A stretch of 64,000 bases of DNA from Octopus vulgaris. Its lineage: Eukaryota. Below are positions 63,121 through 64,000 of the stretch, one piece after another (the stretch's first letter is position 1; every line of letters begins with the position of its first letter). Under the pieces are notes generated by a model. It had not been told where the DNA came from. It did not search any database and was given only the letters and a program-made list of their open reading frames with translations. The DNA is taken from NCBI GenBank assembly GCA_951406725.2, contig OX597817.1, positions 21,390,001-21,454,000 of the forward strand, written 5' to 3'. Both the position numbers and the translations under genes were made by a program.

Positions 63121-63570
63121 ACAAAATAGTGTTGGTGATAAGCATGAGAGTTATCAAAATTATTGCTATCTTGGGCAGATATATGATTAAAAATTTTAAG
63201 GAGGGAAAAGAAAATATTATATACATATGATAATATATGATTTACCGAATAAGCTGTTTTATATTCGGCAGTGGTGTCTGAGGGTTCTGCTTAAAATTAT
63301 ATATACCTAATGTATTTTTAAGAAAGCCTTCGTGCTGAGAAAGTGTAGATGATGGAACAACTAAAAGAATATGACTAGAAAAAAAAATAATTCAGTGTGC
63401 GTTCCTTTTTTGAGGTCATTTGTATGAATTTAGGGCAAAAGACATAGCTCATCGAACGGTACATATACTTTTGAGAACTTTTTATCACAACTATTTAATG
63501 AATCAAACGTCAGCATGAATGATTGTTTCAATATGAGTCGGAAGCATTGACTTGTTCAGGCTGGAGGTCA

Positions 63571-64000
63571 TTCAGTATTCAAAAGTACAGAGCTCACATT
63601 AATGTAGAAACTTGTTCATTCGTGAAAGGAATTAAATATATCTTCCAGCTCACGATGAAATTACTAATTACCTTGCTTGCCAATATATTTCTCTTCCAGA
63701 AGCTATGTGGAGACTGTGAAATTTCAAGCTACATGACACATCTCACACTGTCTACAGACTTGCAACACATCTTGAAGACCAGCAATGAGTTTACTTTCAC
63801 AGAGGCAACGCTCAGCAAGCTGCTCAGGCACAGAGGGACCGTGATACTACCCTCATTGTTTGGTTCAAAATGTGCGAGAGTGATTAATGATGCAAGGAAC
63901 CACTTGTAGCCTGGTACCCCACTGCATTATGCACTTAATGAGTGCACTAGAACATGGACACCAAAGGGGAGGAATACTAATATCATCAGTGGAATGTATA
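63571..64000 (+). pseudogene. Helitron Rep/helicase remnant (continues beyond the window)
   Basis: KYRAHINVETCSFVKGIKYIF; after a frameshift HDEITNYLACQYISLPEAMWRL*NFKLHDTSHTVYRLATHLEDQQ*VYF..DTTLIVWF; then DARNHL*..PLHY..W...IISGMY. These are Helitron RepHel motifs interrupted by stops. Confidence 0.9.

Noticed and set aside
62836-63129. 97-aa ORF with a hydrophobic N-terminus and K-rich then D/E-rich tracts
   Set aside because: It is fully explained by adjacent CTT, AAT, GAA and GAT simple repeats; no homology or splice support.

Overview
Strongly AT-rich, microsatellite-dense eukaryotic intronic or intergenic DNA. The repeat repertoire looks like a coleoid cephalopod (octopus-type) genome; this is inferred from recognising SINE families, not from a search. 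No intact protein-coding gene is supported, and almost all ORF-track entries are microsatellite or low-complexity artefacts. Recognisable content: (1) a gag-only Gypsy/Mag-like LTR element with a tRNA-Ser PBS (1-1276); (2) several families of tRNA-headed SINEs in many copies, two with clean 12-13 bp target-site duplications and with signs of tail swapping; (3) a full-length dead mariner (45622-46884) and two internally inverted copies of a second mariner family; (4) a Helitron Rep remnant at the right edge; (5) three Penelope-like element (PLE) remnants. The most striking signal is a set of five minimal type-I hammerhead-ribozyme motifs (6200, 11699, 12275, 31675, 61229) in PLE ends or in short cassettes lodged in (TA)n tracts. 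One lies in a PLE terminal repeat that also carries a tRNA-like Pol III promoter. Also present are long hairpins and palindromes (36008, 57613, 61575) and one candidate host exon on the minus strand (26199-26442).
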